Positions 19,163 to 30,452 of a stretch of 64,000 bases of DNA are shown here, one piece after another (within the stretch, counting starts at the first letter, position 1; every line of letters starts with the position of its first letter). Source of the stretch: an uncultured Verrucomicrobiae bacterium (lineage in GTDB: Bacteria; Verrucomicrobiota; Verrucomicrobiia; Chthoniobacterales; UBA10450). Position numbers and translations under genes: made by a program. The notes below the pieces were generated by a model. That model ran no database searches, was not told the DNA's origin, and worked only from the letters and a program-made list of their open reading frames with translations. Location: positions 192,001 through 256,000 of the forward strand of contig CAVSDR010000004.1 in NCBI GenBank assembly GCA_963726745.1, read 5' to 3'.

Positions 19163-21252
19163 TAACTGACGTTGGAAAAGCTGCGTCCCTGTTCTTCGAC
19201 AATCAATCGGCGGAAACGTTGATTCTCCGGCGCCTCGAGAAATGGGTCCCATTCCATGATCGCGGTGGCCGCGGCGCGCGCGCGCAACATCAACTCGCGA
19301 TCGGTCTGCAAATTTCCCAGCTGCAATCCCGGTAATCCGCTTTGCGCCGTCCCCAGGAGGTCGCCCGGCCCGCGCTGTTCCCAATCCGCTTCCGCGACCT
19401 CGAAGCCGTCGCGCGTGCGCTCCAGCACAGAAAGTTTAGCCAGCGTCTCGGGCGACTTCTCATCGCTCAAGAGAACGCAATAAGACTTGTGCTCGCCGCG
19501 GCCGATGCGCCCGCGCAATTGGTGCAACTGCGCCAGGCCGAAACGCTCCGCATTTTCAATCAGCATGATGGTCGCGTTCGGCACATCCACCCCAACTTCC
19601 ACCACCGTGGTGCTGACTAAAACGCTCGTCTCCCCGCGGCGAAATGCCTCCATCGTCGCCTGCTTTTCCGGCGCCGGGATGCGGCCATGCAGCAACCCGC
19701 AACGAAACGGTCGCAGCCGCTCCTGCCATTGCGCGAACTCCGCCGCCGCCGCCTTCACGTCGAGCTTCTCGCTTTCTTCGATCAGCGGATAGATCACATA
19801 AGCCTGCCGGCCCGCTTCCAGTTCTTTGCGCAGGAAAGCGAGCACCTCGCCCAGCTTCGAGCTCTCGCGCAGCGCGGTTAAAATCTTCCCACGGTTAGAC
19901 GGCATCTCGTCGATCGTGGAAACGTCGAGATCGCCATAGATCGTCATCGTCAAGGTGCGCGGGATCGGCGTGGCCGTCATCACGAGCACGTCCGGCGCCG
20001 GCTCCCGACTCGTTAGCCGCGCCCGCTGAGAGACGCCAAACTTGTGCTGCTCATCGATCACCACCAACCCCAGGCGCGCAAACTCCACCGAATCGTAAAG
20101 CAACGCGTGCGTGCCGATGATGATCTGCGGCTGGTCGGCGCCGACAGCCGATGCCAGATCGCCCGTTTCGCCGCCGAACAACGGCAGCGGCGCGCTCTCT
20201 TCCTTGCGGGTTCCTGTGCGCAGCGCAAGACGGAGGCCGAGCGGCTCGAGCCAACGTCGGAGGACGGCGTAATGCTGCTCGGCGAGAATTTGCGTGGGCG
20301 CCATGAGCGCGGCCTGCGAGCCCGCCTCCACCGCGAGGAGCATGGCCGCGGTCGCGACGACGGTTTTGCCCGAGCCGACGTCGCCCTGCAGCAGCCGGTT
20401 CATCGGCTTGCCGGTGGCGAGGTCGCGCCGCACTTCGTCTAGCACCCGGACCTGCGCAGCAGTGAGTTGAAACGGCAGCGCGGCCAGGAAGCGCTCGAGA
20501 ATTTTGCCAGCACTTTGATGCGCCATGCCCAGCCGTTGCGCGGTGGTCGCGCGACGGGCGGCGATCGCCATTTGCAGCGCAAAGAACTCCGAGAAAACCA
20601 GATGCTCGCGCGCAGCTTTGAGCGAATCCCAGTCGTCCGGAAAATGAATTTGCCCCAAGGCCACGCGTCGCGAACCGGCCGCGTGGTTCCGCGGCAGAAG
20701 CGTCTCCACCTCGCCTTCATCGAGGTGCTCGAGCGCGTGAAAAACCAGCCCGCGGAAAACCCGCTGCGAGAGCCCTTCGGTTGCCGGATAGATCGGCGTG
20801 ATCCGCCCGAAATGGATCGAGATCTCCTCGTCGCTCTCGATCACCTCGAACTCCGGATGCTCCATGCAGAGCCGCTGCCCGCGCAACCGCGGCTTCCCGA
20901 AAACCACCAGCCGCTGGCCGGTGGCGATCATCTTTTGCACGTAGTGCAGGTTGAACCAACGCAGGACCAGCGGCTGGCTGAGCGCATTGGCCTCGTCCTC
21001 CTGCAGCGTCGCCTCGAAGATCTTCTTCCAGCCGCCGAAACGCCGCACCGAGGTCTTCGTCACTTCGCCGCAAATGCAGACCGGCTTCTCGCTCTCGTCG
21101 CGCGGGAAGCCGGGAAACTGCGTCCGGTCCTCGTGCCGCCGCGGGAAATGCGTCAGCAAATTCTCCACCGAGATAATTCCGAGCCGCTTCAACGGCGCGA
21201 GCCGCGGGCGCGGCACCCAGTCGCAGTTCTCGAGCAGGTCGGAGAGTTGCAT
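19162..21252 (-). CDS. recG: ATP-dependent DNA helicase RecG
   Basis: [41 protein letters not shown]. Confidence 0.96.
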   Translation of the reverse strand: MQLSDLLENCDWVPRPRLAPLKRLGIISVENLLTHFPRRHEDRTQFPGFPRDESEKPVCICGEVTKTSVRRFGGWKKIFEATLQEDEANALSQPLVLRWFNLHYVQKMIATGQRLVVFGKPRLRGQRLCMEHPEFEVIESDEEISIHFGRITPIYPATEGLSQRVFRGLVFHALEHLDEGEVETLLPRNHAAGSRRVALGQIHFPDDWDSLKAAREHLVFSEFFALQMAIAARRATTAQRLGMAHQSAGKILERFLAALPFQLTAAQVRVLDEVRRDLATGKPMNRLLQGDVGSGKTVVATAAMLLAVEAGSQAALMAPTQILAEQHYAVLRRWLEPLGLRLALRTGTRKEESAPLPLFGGETGDLASAVGADQPQIIIGTHALLYDSVEFARLGLVVIDEQHKFGVSQRARLTSREPAPDVLVMTATPIPRTLTMTIYGDLDVSTIDEMPSNRGKILTALRESSKLGEVLAFLRKELEAGRQAYVIYPLIEESEKLDVKAAAAEFAQWQERLRPFRCGLLHGRIPAPEKQATMEAFRRGETSVLVSTTVVEVGVDVPNATIMLIENAERFGLAQLHQLRGRIGRGEHKSYCVLLSDEKSPETLAKLSVLERTRDGFEVAEADWEQRGPGDLLGTAQSGLPGLQLGNLQTDRELMLRARAAATAIMEWDPFLEAPENQRFRRLIVEEQGRSFSNVS

Positions 21253-21255
21253 TCG

Positions 21256-22957
21256 TTAGACCGGCGCGGCCGCGCGCACCGCTTCCACGTGCATTTGCAG
21301 GCGCTTTTCGCCGAGATACTCGTCGATCTCCAAGCGGTAGGCCACGTCCCACGGCGGCGGCGGGAGCGGCGTGCTCGCAGCGCCGAAGAAAATGCCGCGC
21401 GCGCGATGATTCCGCTGGCGCAGGCGCAGCTGGAGATGCTTCTCCTTGACCACGCGCGGCGTCTCTGTCGGCTCGACCGCGCGCGAGAAAAACATCGGCT
21501 GCGGGTTGCCCGCGCCAAACGGCTCCAGCGCTTCGTGCCAGCGCAGGAGGTCGCTGTTTAATTCCGCGAAGGAGAGCTCGTGATCGAGCAGAAGCCGCGG
21601 CTGGAGCGCTTCCTCGCTGAGGAGCGCCCGGGCCGCGGCGCGGAAGTCGTCGGCAAATTTCTCGAACTCCGCCTCCCGAATGGTCAAGCCGGCCGCCATC
21701 TCGTGCCCGCCAAATTTCTCCAGTCGTGCGGCGCAACGCCCGAGCGCCTCGACCAACGAAAGCCCTTCGATGCTCCGCCCGCTCCCCTTTCCCACGCCGT
21801 TCGCGTCGAAGCCGACCAGGATGGTGGGCCGATGGAATTTCCGCGCGAGCCGCGAGGCGACGATCCCGAGCACGCCTGGGTGCCAATCACGCGCACCGAG
21901 CACGATCGCGGCGTCGCGCGCCGGATCGAACTCCTGGGCCACCCGCTCCTCGGCCGCCGCCGCGATCGCCTTCTCCACGCCCTGGCGCTCGCGGTTTTGC
22001 CCATCGAGGAACGCGGAAAGCTCCGTGGCCTCGGCATCGTCTTCCGTGAGCAAAAGCCGGAGCGCTTTCTCCGCGGTGGCGAGCCGGCCGGCGGCATTGA
22101 GCCGCGGCCCGAGACGAAAGCCAATGTCCGCCGCGCACGGCTGCGCGCGCACGCCCGCGACTTCGATCAAGCGGCGCACGCCGAGCCGCGAACTGCGCGC
22201 AATCTGCCGGAGACCATGTTGCACAAAGCACCCGATTCTCGCGCTCCAGCGGAACGATATCGGCCACGGTGCCAAGTGCCACCAGGTCGAGGTGCGCACG
22301 CAGATCGAAGCCGGAGACCGGACGCGTTTTCAGGAGCGCGTGGCAGAGCTTGAAGACCACGCCGACGCTGCAGAGGTAGCGCAGGGCGCAATCCTCCACC
22401 GCCTTCGGATTAACCAGCGCGACGCAAAGAGGCAGCGCGCTCTTTGGTTCGTGGTGATCGAGCACGATCACTTCCACCCCGCGGGTGCGCAGGAGCGCGA
22501 TCTCATCGAGCGAGGACGTCCCGCAATCGACCGCGACCAGGAGCTGCGGTTGATGCTCCGCGCAGCAGCGCTCCACGCTTTCGCGGCTAAGGCCGTAGCC
22601 TTCCTCCATCCGCAGCGGCAGGAAGAGCGCCGGCGTGGCGCCGTAAGCGCGGAGCATGGTCGAGAGCAGCGCGAGCGAAGTGACGCCATCGACATCGTAG
22701 TCGCCGAAAAGAACGATGCGCTCCCCGCGATCGATCGCCTCGAGGATCCGCGCGACCGCGAGCTGCATTTGCGGCAAGAGAAAGGGATCGCCTAACGAAC
22801 GCAGACGCGGCGCGAGAAAAGCGTTCACTTCGTCGGCGCAGGCAAAACCTTTGCGCCGCAGAAGCGCGGCGATGCAGGGCAAGCCGCAGAGTTCGGCCCA
22901 GGGAATGGCCCCAAGCTCCTCCGCTTTTGCCTCGTGAATGACCCAGCGCCGCTCCAT
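21256..22957 (-). CDS. recJ: ssDNA exonuclease RecJ (split by a +1 indel near 22226)
   Basis: GDYDVDG, DHH, LGTVADIVPL in one frame; GPRLNAAGRL, GSGRS, FGGHEMAAG in the next. Confidence 0.92.
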
Positions 22958-22963
22958 CGCGCG

Positions 22964-23824
22964 CTACTGTAGCATCTGCGCGAGCGTCTGTGCGTTGAAG
23001 GGTGCGTGGACCTTGGCGTCGTTATCGAAATAGAGAAAAACCTCGCGCGCCCACCGCCGGATTCGCCGGGCCCAGGCGCGCAGTTCCGCATCCGAGTATC
23101 CGCTCACATAGAGCTGCTCCGCGCCATGCAGACGCACGTAGACGAAGTCCGCGGTTACCTCCTCGGCATAGGGAAATTTGCCGGCGGTATCGGCGACCAC
23201 GAAGGCGATCCCGAACTCGCGGAGAAGCGCGAAGAACTCCGGCACAAGAAAGGTCGGGTGCCGGATCTCAACTGCGTAGCGCAGCGGCCGGGAGCGATCG
23301 GTCTCCGCATGGACGCCGTGCTTCAGCTTGTCGTCGTGCAAGCGCGCGAGCTGCGCGGCTTCGGCGGTGGTTTTAGGCAGCAACTTGAAGAACTCGCGGA
23401 AGCGCGCGGGATTCCAGCCGAAGTTCGGCGGGAACTGCCAGAGGATGGGCCCGAGTTTCTCGCGCAGCGCGAGCACGCCCGAGCCGAAGAAATTAGCCAG
23501 CGGGATCTCGACCTCGCGCAGCTTCTTCATGTGGGTGATGAAGCGCGCGCCCTTGACCGCGAAGACGAATCCGGGCGGCGTCTGCGCATACCAGCTCGCG
23601 TAGCTCGACGGTCGTTGGAGCGAGTAAAAGGAGCCGTTAATCTCGATGCTGTTGAACTGGCGGCTGGCGTATTCCAGCTCGCGCTTTTGCGTGAGGTCTT
23701 GCGGGTAAAAGACGCCGCGCCACGGCGCGTAAGTCCAGCCGGAGATGCCGATGCGCGGTGGCTTCTTCAGACGAGCGGCAGCGGGCCGTCGTTTCCCGGA
23801 GGGAGCAGTGCGTGGCGTTGGCAT
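22964..23824 (-). CDS. DUF72 (YecE-like) protein
   Basis: RIGISGWTY, IEINGSFY, VKGARFITH, YVRLHG, YFDND. Confidence 0.88.
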   Translation of the reverse strand: MPTPRTAPSGKRRPAAARLKKPPRIGISGWTYAPWRGVFYPQDLTQKRELEYASRQFNSIEINGSFYSLQRPSSYASWYAQTPPGFVFAVKGARFITHMKKLREVEIPLANFFGSGVLALREKLGPILWQFPPNFGWNPARFREFFKLLPKTTAEAAQLARLHDDKLKHGVHAETDRSRPLRYAVEIRHPTFLVPEFFALLREFGIAFVVADTAGKFPYAEEVTADFVYVRLHGAEQLYVSGYSDAELRAWARRIRRWAREVFLYFDNDAKVHAPFNAQTLAQMLQ

Positions 23825-24523
23825 AACTGGCGAAACTTGAGCAAGCCTTCCTGCTCGCGCGGGCCGAAGCCGAAGCGCAGGCAATCGTTGAAGTAGAATC
23901 GCAGAAAGTCGGGCGAGTAGTTTTCCTCCGCCGCGATCAATTGCTCGAGGCCTGCGAGATTCGCATCGCGCCGCGCGCGCAGCTGCTCGGCGATCGCCTT
24001 GCCTTCGCCCACCTCGGGGCGCACCAGCCAAAGCGCGAAGACGAACGGCAGGCCGGTCATTTCCTTCCACCATTGCCCGAGGTCGCGGTAGTGGAATCCG
24101 TCGCCATGCTCCTCGCGGAAGCGGATCGCCTGGTCGCCAATCAGGAGGCGCGCGGAGTCGTTAGCCGACGAGATCAGGCGCGGCGAAAGACCGGACTCGG
24201 CGAGGAGGCAGCGGAGGAGATTGACCGAGGTCAACGAAGCCGGGTCGAGCGCGATCTCGCCGGATTTCCTCGAGCGGCGCGCGGTGCGCCAGGACCACGC
24301 TGTAAACCGGGCCATCGGAACCCACGGCGACGCCTTCGACGATCCGATAGATCGGATGCTGCAGCAGCTCGAAGCTGGAAACGAAAGCGATGTCTAATTC
24401 TCCCGCAGCCAGCCGGCGGCAAAGGGCCGAGGGCGTGTCGAATTCAACCGGACCGGGCCAGCCGGCAATGAGCGGTCGGGAGTTGAGATATTGGACGCAG
24501 CCAATCCGCCGGTCGGCGCTCAC
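23767..24523 (-). CDS. mqnA: Chorismate dehydratase (futalosine pathway), split by an indel near 24262
   Basis: IGCVQYLNSRPL ... ASLTSVNLL, LLIGDQAI, DLGQWW..TGLPFVFALW. Confidence 0.85.
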
Positions 24524-25659
24524 GCGCAGACCAGCTCGGCCTCGGCCGGGGGCTGCGCAGCGCGGGCCTTACCTAGGTGATGGTAATAGCTGTCGCGCTG
24601 CATCGGTTCGCGGCCAGCTTCGCGAATGGCGTTCTCGAGCATCTCGACGGTTAATTCCTGGGGCGTCTTCGCGCCCGCCATGTGAAAGATTTTCTCTTCC
24701 ATGATCGTGCCGTGGAGATCGTCGACCCCGTAGCCTAACGAGACCTGCGCCAGCGGCAGGCCCATGGAAACCCAGTAAGCGGTGAGGTGGTCGAAATTAT
24801 CCAGGTAGATGCGGCTGACCGCGAGATTGCGCAGTTGCTCGACGCCGGTGGCGCGCGGGATATGCGCGAGGATTTCGGTCTGCGGCTCGAAGGCGAATGG
24901 AACAAAACCAGTGAAGCCGCCGGTCTCGTCCTGCAGCTCGCGGAGTTGCCGCAAGTGATCGACCCGCTGCGCAAGCGTTTCGATATGGCCGTAAAGCATG
25001 GTCGCGGTGCTGCGCCCGCCCATTTGGTGCCAGGTGCGATGAACCTCCAGCCATTCCTCGGCGCTTTCCTTTCCGCGGCAGATTTCATCGCGCACCGCGG
25101 CGTCGAAAATCTCCGCGCCGCCGCCGGTGAGCGCGCCCAGGCCGGCATCGCGCAGCGTCGCCAAAGTGTCGGCAATCGAAAGCTTGAAGACGCGCTCGGC
25201 CAGATGGCGAATCTCGATCGCGGTGAACGCTTTCAGGATCAATCCGGGATCGAGCGCGCGCAGGCGCGTGAGCAATTCCAGATACCACTCCTTCTTCAAC
25301 GACGGATGCAGCCCGCCGACCATGTGCACTTCGGTAATGCCGAGTCGGAGAGCGTCCTGCACGGCGACCACAATCTCATCGATCGCGAGCTCGAAGGCGT
25401 GCGGGTCGCGCTTGCGCGCGGCGAAGGCGCAGAATTGGCAGGAGAGGATGCAGACGTTCGAATAATTGATGTAGCGATTGAGAATGTAGGTCGCGAAGTT
25501 GCCGTTCTTCCGTTCGCGGACGGCACTTGCCATGATCCCCAGGGCATTCAAGTCTTGCGCCTGGTAGAGCGCCAGCGCATCGGCCTCGGTGATGCGCTCG
25601 GCCGCCTCCACCTTCTCGGCGATGCGTCGGAGTGCGGGCGGAATGAGGGAAAAATTCAT
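24520..25659 (-). CDS. mqnE: Aminofutalosine synthase (radical SAM)
   Basis: CILSCQFC, HMVGGLHP, GGGAEIF, ATMLYGHIET; adjacent to mqnA. Confidence 0.85.
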   Translation of the reverse strand: MNFSLIPPALRRIAEKVEAAERITEADALALYQAQDLNALGIMASAVRERKNGNFATYILNRYINYSNVCILSCQFCAFAARKRDPHAFELAIDEIVVAVQDALRLGITEVHMVGGLHPSLKKEWYLELLTRLRALDPGLILKAFTAIEIRHLAERVFKLSIADTLATLRDAGLGALTGGGAEIFDAAVRDEICRGKESAEEWLEVHRTWHQMGGRSTATMLYGHIETLAQRVDHLRQLRELQDETGGFTGFVPFAFEPQTEILAHIPRATGVEQLRNLAVSRIYLDNFDHLTAYWVSMGLPLAQVSLGYGVDDLHGTIMEEKIFHMAGAKTPQELTVEMLENAIREAGREPMQRDSYYHHLGKARAAQPPAEAELVCA

Positions 25660-25812
25660 CAAGAAAGAGTGCGAAAATTAAGCGCTGAATGATGCACGCG
25701 CCCCTCAGCCAGCGCAACCAAAACGCCCCTGCGCGGGCTCTTTCCGCGCGACCATTTGCCAGAAGCCGGGTTCAAACGGCAGGACCGCGCGGGCGCAGTC
25801 CGTTAAATCTGC

Positions 25813-26418
25813 ATGATCTCGCCTGACCGACCGGCCAACGAGCCGACTGCGCCCGACGCAGAAGACGTCCGATGGATGGGCGCGATCAAAGCCGGCGACA
25901 TGGCCGCCTTTGAACGGTTGGTGGAGAAACACCAGACGCTCGTGGTGGGCACGGTCGCGCGCATGCTCGGGAATCCCTCGGACGCGGAAGACATCGCGCA
26001 GCAGGTCTTCGTGCGCGTGTGGAAAAGCGCCGGCCGCTACGAGGCGCGGGCGAAGTTCACCACCTGGCTGCTGAAGATCACGCGCAACCTCGTCTTTAAC
26101 GAGCTGCGTCGGCGGAAGCGCCACCCGGCCACGGCGCTGCAGGGAGCGAACGAAGGCGAAGAGCTACAGGTGAAAGATCCGCAGGGGCAGACGCCGCGGG
26201 ATTCACTCCTGGAGGGAGAGTTGCAGCAGGCGATCGAAGCGGCGATCGCCGACCTGCCGGAGACGCAGCGGATGGCGGTGGTGCTGCGGCGTTACGAGGA
26301 ATTGAGCTACGAGGAAATAGCCGACGTTTTGGAGCAATCGGTCTCCGCAGTGAAGAGCCTGCTCTTTCGCGCGCGCACGCAATTGCGCGAGACACTTGCG
26401 CGATACCTCGCCGAGTAA
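25813..26418 (+). CDS. ECF sigma-70 factor
   Basis: DAEDIAQQVFVRVW, FTTWLLKITRN, LSYEEIADVL..VKSLLFRAR. Confidence 0.92.
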   Translation: MISPDRPANEPTAPDAEDVRWMGAIKAGDMAAFERLVEKHQTLVVGTVARMLGNPSDAEDIAQQVFVRVWKSAGRYEARAKFTTWLLKITRNLVFNELRRRKRHPATALQGANEGEELQVKDPQGQTPRDSLLEGELQQAIEAAIADLPETQRMAVVLRRYEELSYEEIADVLEQSVSAVKSLLFRARTQLRETLARYLAE

Positions 26419-26420
26419 CC

Positions 26421-26457
26421 AAAAAAAGAGACGGGCTCTCTTGCGAGAACCCGCCTC
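26421..26457 (-). terminator. Intrinsic terminator of the secretin gene
   Basis: Minus strand GAGGCGGGTTCTC-GCAA-GAGAGCCCGTCTC followed by T7. Confidence 0.85.
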
Positions 26458-26478
26458 CTCAACCCCACAATTTGCTGC

Positions 26479-28261
26479 CTAGTATTCGCGGTCTTTCGCG
26501 TCGGCCATGAAGCGCATCCGGCTCGCACCCTCGGTCTTCACCGGCGCCGGCGGCGTGCCCGGCTTTGGGTAGTCGGCCACGACTTGCCGCTGCGCGGTAG
26601 GAACCAGTCGCACCGCGCCCTTGGCGTTGTTCCGCCAGCCGTTCGGATCGGCAAATTCTTCGCCGCTGTGACGCAGCCCGCTCACCTGGTCCTCGAGACC
26701 GGTGCCGTAATTTTGATCAATGATCGTCGGGGTGACGAAGACCAGGAGGTTGCGCTTGGTGCGCGCATTCAGGCGTTCCTGGAAGAAGTAGCCGAGCACC
26801 GGGACGTCGCCGAGCACCGGGACCTTGCTGCGGGCCTTGGTCACTTCGTCCTGGAGCAAGCCGCCGATCGCGAGGGTGTCGCCGCTGCGGATGAGGACGT
26901 TCGAGTCGAGGCTGCGGGTGTCGATCACCGGGCTGGCCACGGTCGCGCCGGCGAAGACGAAGGTGGCATCGGCAACCTTGTTACTGATCTCCGGTTTCAC
27001 CTGCAGGGTGATGAAGTTGTCCTTGTTCACCGATGGGCGGACGACCAGCGTGTTGCCGTATTTTTTGTCCTGGAAGCCACCGAAGACGGCGGTCGCGGTT
27101 TGCTCGTTGAAGTTGAGCTGCGGCACCGGCTGGTTTCGGATGATCTCGATTTTAGCCTGCTGATTGTCGGCGGTGACGATGCGCGGGATTCGCGAGGAAC
27201 TCAGCATCGGCATCTTCATTCAAGGCGCGCATGGTCACGGACATCTGCGGCACCGTCAGGATGGCGAACTGGCCGGTCGCGATCTGGGAGAGGCTGTTGC
27301 CGATGTGGCTGAAGGCGTTGTTGGTTTTGCCGCCAAGCGCGAAGTCAGTCGTGGGGATGTTCGTGCTCGTGGGGCTGGAGGAAGCGGCGTTCGTCTGGCC
27401 GTAACCGAAGGTCTTGCCGCCGGCAGCACTGCCGACCACGCCGGCCCAGTTGATCCCGTAGCTTTGGCGCGGGTTCGCGGTCACTTCCACGAGGCGGGCC
27501 TCGATCATGACTTGCTTGGTCGGCTTGTCGATTTGCACCAGGAGCTTGCGGATGACGTCGATGTTGCTGCGGGTCTCGCGGTAGAACATCGTGTTCGTGC
27601 GCTCGTCGACCTGCGGGGCGTCCTTGCTCTGGAGCTGGGCGGCCACGAGCGGCGCGGTGTCTTTCGCGCGGCTGTAGCTGAACTGGTAGCTGTCGCTTTC
27701 GGTCGGCTCCGCAGTGCGCTCGGCCGCGGTCTTGATGTAGTAAACGTTGTCGATCTTGTCCATGAACAGGCCCTTGGCCTTGACGATGATCGCGATCGCC
27801 TGGAGCGCAGTCACATCCTCGAGGCGCATGGTTACGGTGGTGTTCGGCGGGATCTGGTCGCTTACGACCATGTTAATCTTCGATTGCCGGGCGAGCAGGC
27901 GCAGGACCTGGCCGACATCGTCGCCTTGGAACTCACGCACGCCGGCGTTGCCGGAATCAGCCGAGGCCTCCGCGGAGGAATCGGCGCTGACCGCGGCGGG
28001 CGCGGCGGTGACTGGCCGGGTGGCGCTCGGGGCTGGCGGAGTGGCCGCCTGCACGAGCATCATGTTGGAGTCGGAAGTTGCGCTGGAGAGAGCGGCGGCG
28101 TTCGCCGCTTTCGCGCTCGCAACCGGGGCAACAACCGTTTCTGGCGCCACCACTACGGGGCTGTCGAGCGGCGCAGGCGAACTGAGCTGCGCTTGAGAAA
28201 CGGACATTGCTCCGAGCAAAGCCGCCGCTCCGCAGACGATGTGGTTAAGACGAGTGGACAT
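26479..28261 (-). CDS. Secretin (PilQ/GspD family), split by an indel near 27185
   Basis: VDERTN, IDKPTKQVMIEARLVEV, FLANP|RIVTADNQ, IGGLLQD..KVPVLGDVPVLGYFF, LLVFVTPTII. Confidence 0.88.
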
Positions 28262-28386
28262 AGATTTAAGTAGGAGATTGATGACTGCGAATGCTTTTAA
28301 GCAGAAAGCAGACCAGCCCGGAAAAAGGCCGCGTTTAATCTTCCACCGGGCCTCCTCCTCCCGGGAAACGGCGATGAAGTTGCCGG

Positions 28387-29058
28387 CTAAATCTCTGCTG
28401 CCGCCGCGCGGGCCGCGGCCACAAACGCGCGCACCCGCGCGTGATCCTTCCGACCCGCCGACGCCTCGACCCCGCTGGTCACGTCGACCCCGAACGGCCG
28501 CGTCGCGCGCACCGCCGCGGCGACATTTTCCGGAGCCAGACCGCCCGCCAGGATCACTCGGTGTGCGGGATTCTCCGCCACGAAACGGCGCGCAATTTCC
28601 CACGGAAAAACTCTCCCCGTCCCGCCAAAAACTCCTGGCGCGTGCGAATCGAGCACGAAAATTTCCGTGGAGTAATCGGGCAACGCCGCCAGCGAATGCT
28701 CATCGCGCACCGGCAAAGCCTTGGCGAATTGCACTCCCGCAGCGGCGAGCCGCGCGCAAAACTCCGGCGTCTCCATGCCGTGCAGTTGCAGGCCGTCCAC
28801 GAAAGGGAGCCGCCCAAGCGCGAGCGCTTCCTCCCACGTCGGGTTCACCAGGACGGCGACCCGGCGCAAGCTTGCTGGCAATTTTCCGATCCACTCTCCG
28901 GCGGCGGCGATGTCCAGATAACGCCGGCTGCCCGGCCAGCCGTTCAAACCGATCGCATCCGCCCCCGCATCGACCGCGGCCCAGGCGTCCTCCTCGTGGC
29001 AGATTCCGCAAATCTTCACCCGCAGCCGTCGCGGCTGCTCCTCCGCCGGGCCGAACAT
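28387..29058 (-). CDS. trpF: Phosphoribosylanthranilate isomerase
   Basis: VKICGI, QLHG, GGTGRVFPW, LAGGLAPENV, GVDVTSGVE. Confidence 0.95.
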   Translation of the reverse strand: MFGPAEEQPRRLRVKICGICHEEDAWAAVDAGADAIGLNGWPGSRRYLDIAAAGEWIGKLPASLRRVAVLVNPTWEEALALGRLPFVDGLQLHGMETPEFCARLAAAGVQFAKALPVRDEHSLAALPDYSTEIFVLDSHAPGVFGGTGRVFPWEIARRFVAENPAHRVILAGGLAPENVAAAVRATRPFGVDVTSGVEASAGRKDHARVRAFVAAARAAAAEI

Positions 29059-29474
29059 CAGCGCTCGATCACGCGGGCCTCTTTCACCTGCTTGATCTGC
29101 GTGTGATGCGTCAGCATGTGCACCCGGCCATCGCTCCCTTTAAAGAAAGCGCTCAAGAGCCAGCTGATGATCCCGATGATGATCGCGCCCCAGAAGGCGG
29201 TGCTGAAGTGGTCGACATGAAACCCCGGGACAAACGTCGGCACCCAGAGAAGGAGGAAGGCATTGATCACCAGAATGAATAATCCCAGGGTCACCAAGAT
29301 CAGAGGCGCGCTCAGAAGCAACAGCACCGGACGGACGAAAGCATTCAGGATCCCGAGCAAAAGCGCTGCCCCCAGCAGGCTGCCGGTGCTGTCAAAACGC
29401 ACACCGTCGAGCAGGGCCGAGGTCACCATGACGCCGACAGTGGTGACCAGCCAGCGAAAGACGAAGTGCTTCAT
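29058..29474 (-). CDS. YvlD/DUF360 (4-TM holin-like) membrane protein
   Basis: LLGILNAFVRPVLLLLSAPLILVTLGLFILVINA. Confidence 0.85.
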   Translation of the reverse strand: MKHFVFRWLVTTVGVMVTSALLDGVRFDSTGSLLGAALLLGILNAFVRPVLLLLSAPLILVTLGLFILVINAFLLLWVPTFVPGFHVDHFSTAFWGAIIIGIISWLLSAFFKGSDGRVHMLTHHTQIKQVKEARVIER

Positions 29475-29580
29475 CGCTCCAAGGTAAGTGCCAAAGCGCG
29501 AAGCTGCCAACGCTTTAGGAAAATCGCTTGCAAACTGCCTCGGTAAAAGTAATCGGTGCGGTTCAATCCCAATCATCAAA

Positions 29581-29976
29581 GTGCCCAAGAAAACCAAACC
29601 AGAATCAAGCAACGGATCGGCCGTGCCCGCGTCCGCCTCGACCGCCCCGGAAGCAGCCCCACCACCCGTGACTGCTCCCGCGACTGCCGAAGCGAAGCAG
29701 CCTGCGGCGAAGAAATCCTCCGCCAAGAAATCCAGCGCCAAGACCGCGGCCAGGAAGTCGTCGGCTAAAAAAGCTTCGACGCGCAAAGCCGCTCCCGCGG
29801 CGAAGAAAGGAACGCCGTTAATCGAGCCGTCCGACGACGAGATCCGCTTGCGCGCCTACTTCATCGCCGAGCGTCGCACCCGCCAGCAGCTTCACGGCGA
29901 CCAGGCAAACGATTGGCTGCAAGCGCGCCAGGAGCTCCTCGCCGAGCTCAATTCCAAAAGCGACGCGCAGGAATAG
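29581..29976 (+). CDS. DUF2934-domain protein with Lys/Ala-rich N-terminus
   Basis: EIRLRAYFIAERR...DWLQARQEL; GTG start inferred. Confidence 0.75.
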   Translation: MPKKTKPESSNGSAVPASASTAPEAAPPPVTAPATAEAKQPAAKKSSAKKSSAKTAARKSSAKKASTRKAAPAAKKGTPLIEPSDDEIRLRAYFIAERRTRQQLHGDQANDWLQARQELLAELNSKSDAQE

Positions 29977-29987
29977 CCGGCAAGCTT

Positions 29988-30404
29988 TCAGGCGCGCGGC
30001 TCGATCCCGGGAAGGCATTCCCGCACCTTTTCGAGCAGGCGATTAATCGCGAACGGCTTCGAGATGAAGCCGCGCACCCGCGGCTCCTTGAGCAGCTCCT
30101 GCGCGCGCGCCTCATCGCCCCGGCCGGAAACCAGGATCAGCGGCGGAACCACGCGCGCGGGCTGCGCTGCCTCGTAGACTTTGCTCACAAGGAAAAAGAG
30201 CATCGCGCCGTCGATCATCGGCATCGAGAAATCGAAGATTAAGAGGTCGTAGTCCCGCTTTAGGAGCAACTCGAAGGCATACTCTGGCCGGGGCGAGGAA
30301 TCGACCGTGCAAAGGAGGAACGCAGTGAGCGCTTCCCTCGTCACCCGCATCAGCGCGACGTCATCATCCACGATCAGGATTCGCTTTGGCTCTGGTGCGG
30401 GCAC
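29988..30404 (-). CDS. Single-domain response regulator
   Basis: ILIVDDD, LLIFDFSMP, SG, ISKPF. Confidence 0.85.
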   Translation of the reverse strand: MPAPEPKRILIVDDDVALMRVTREALTAFLLCTVDSSPRPEYAFELLLKRDYDLLIFDFSMPMIDGAMLFFLVSKVYEAAQPARVVPPLILVSGRGDEARAQELLKEPRVRGFISKPFAINRLLEKVRECLPGIEPRA

Positions 30405-30452
30405 GGATGGACGCTTGCGCGAAAGCCGGGGGCGTTACAAGCTTTTCCCGCG

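Noticed and set aside
29058..29474. Holin-family gene as evidence of a prophage
   Set aside because: The YvlD/DUF360 family is commonly chromosomal, and no phage genes or integrase are nearby.
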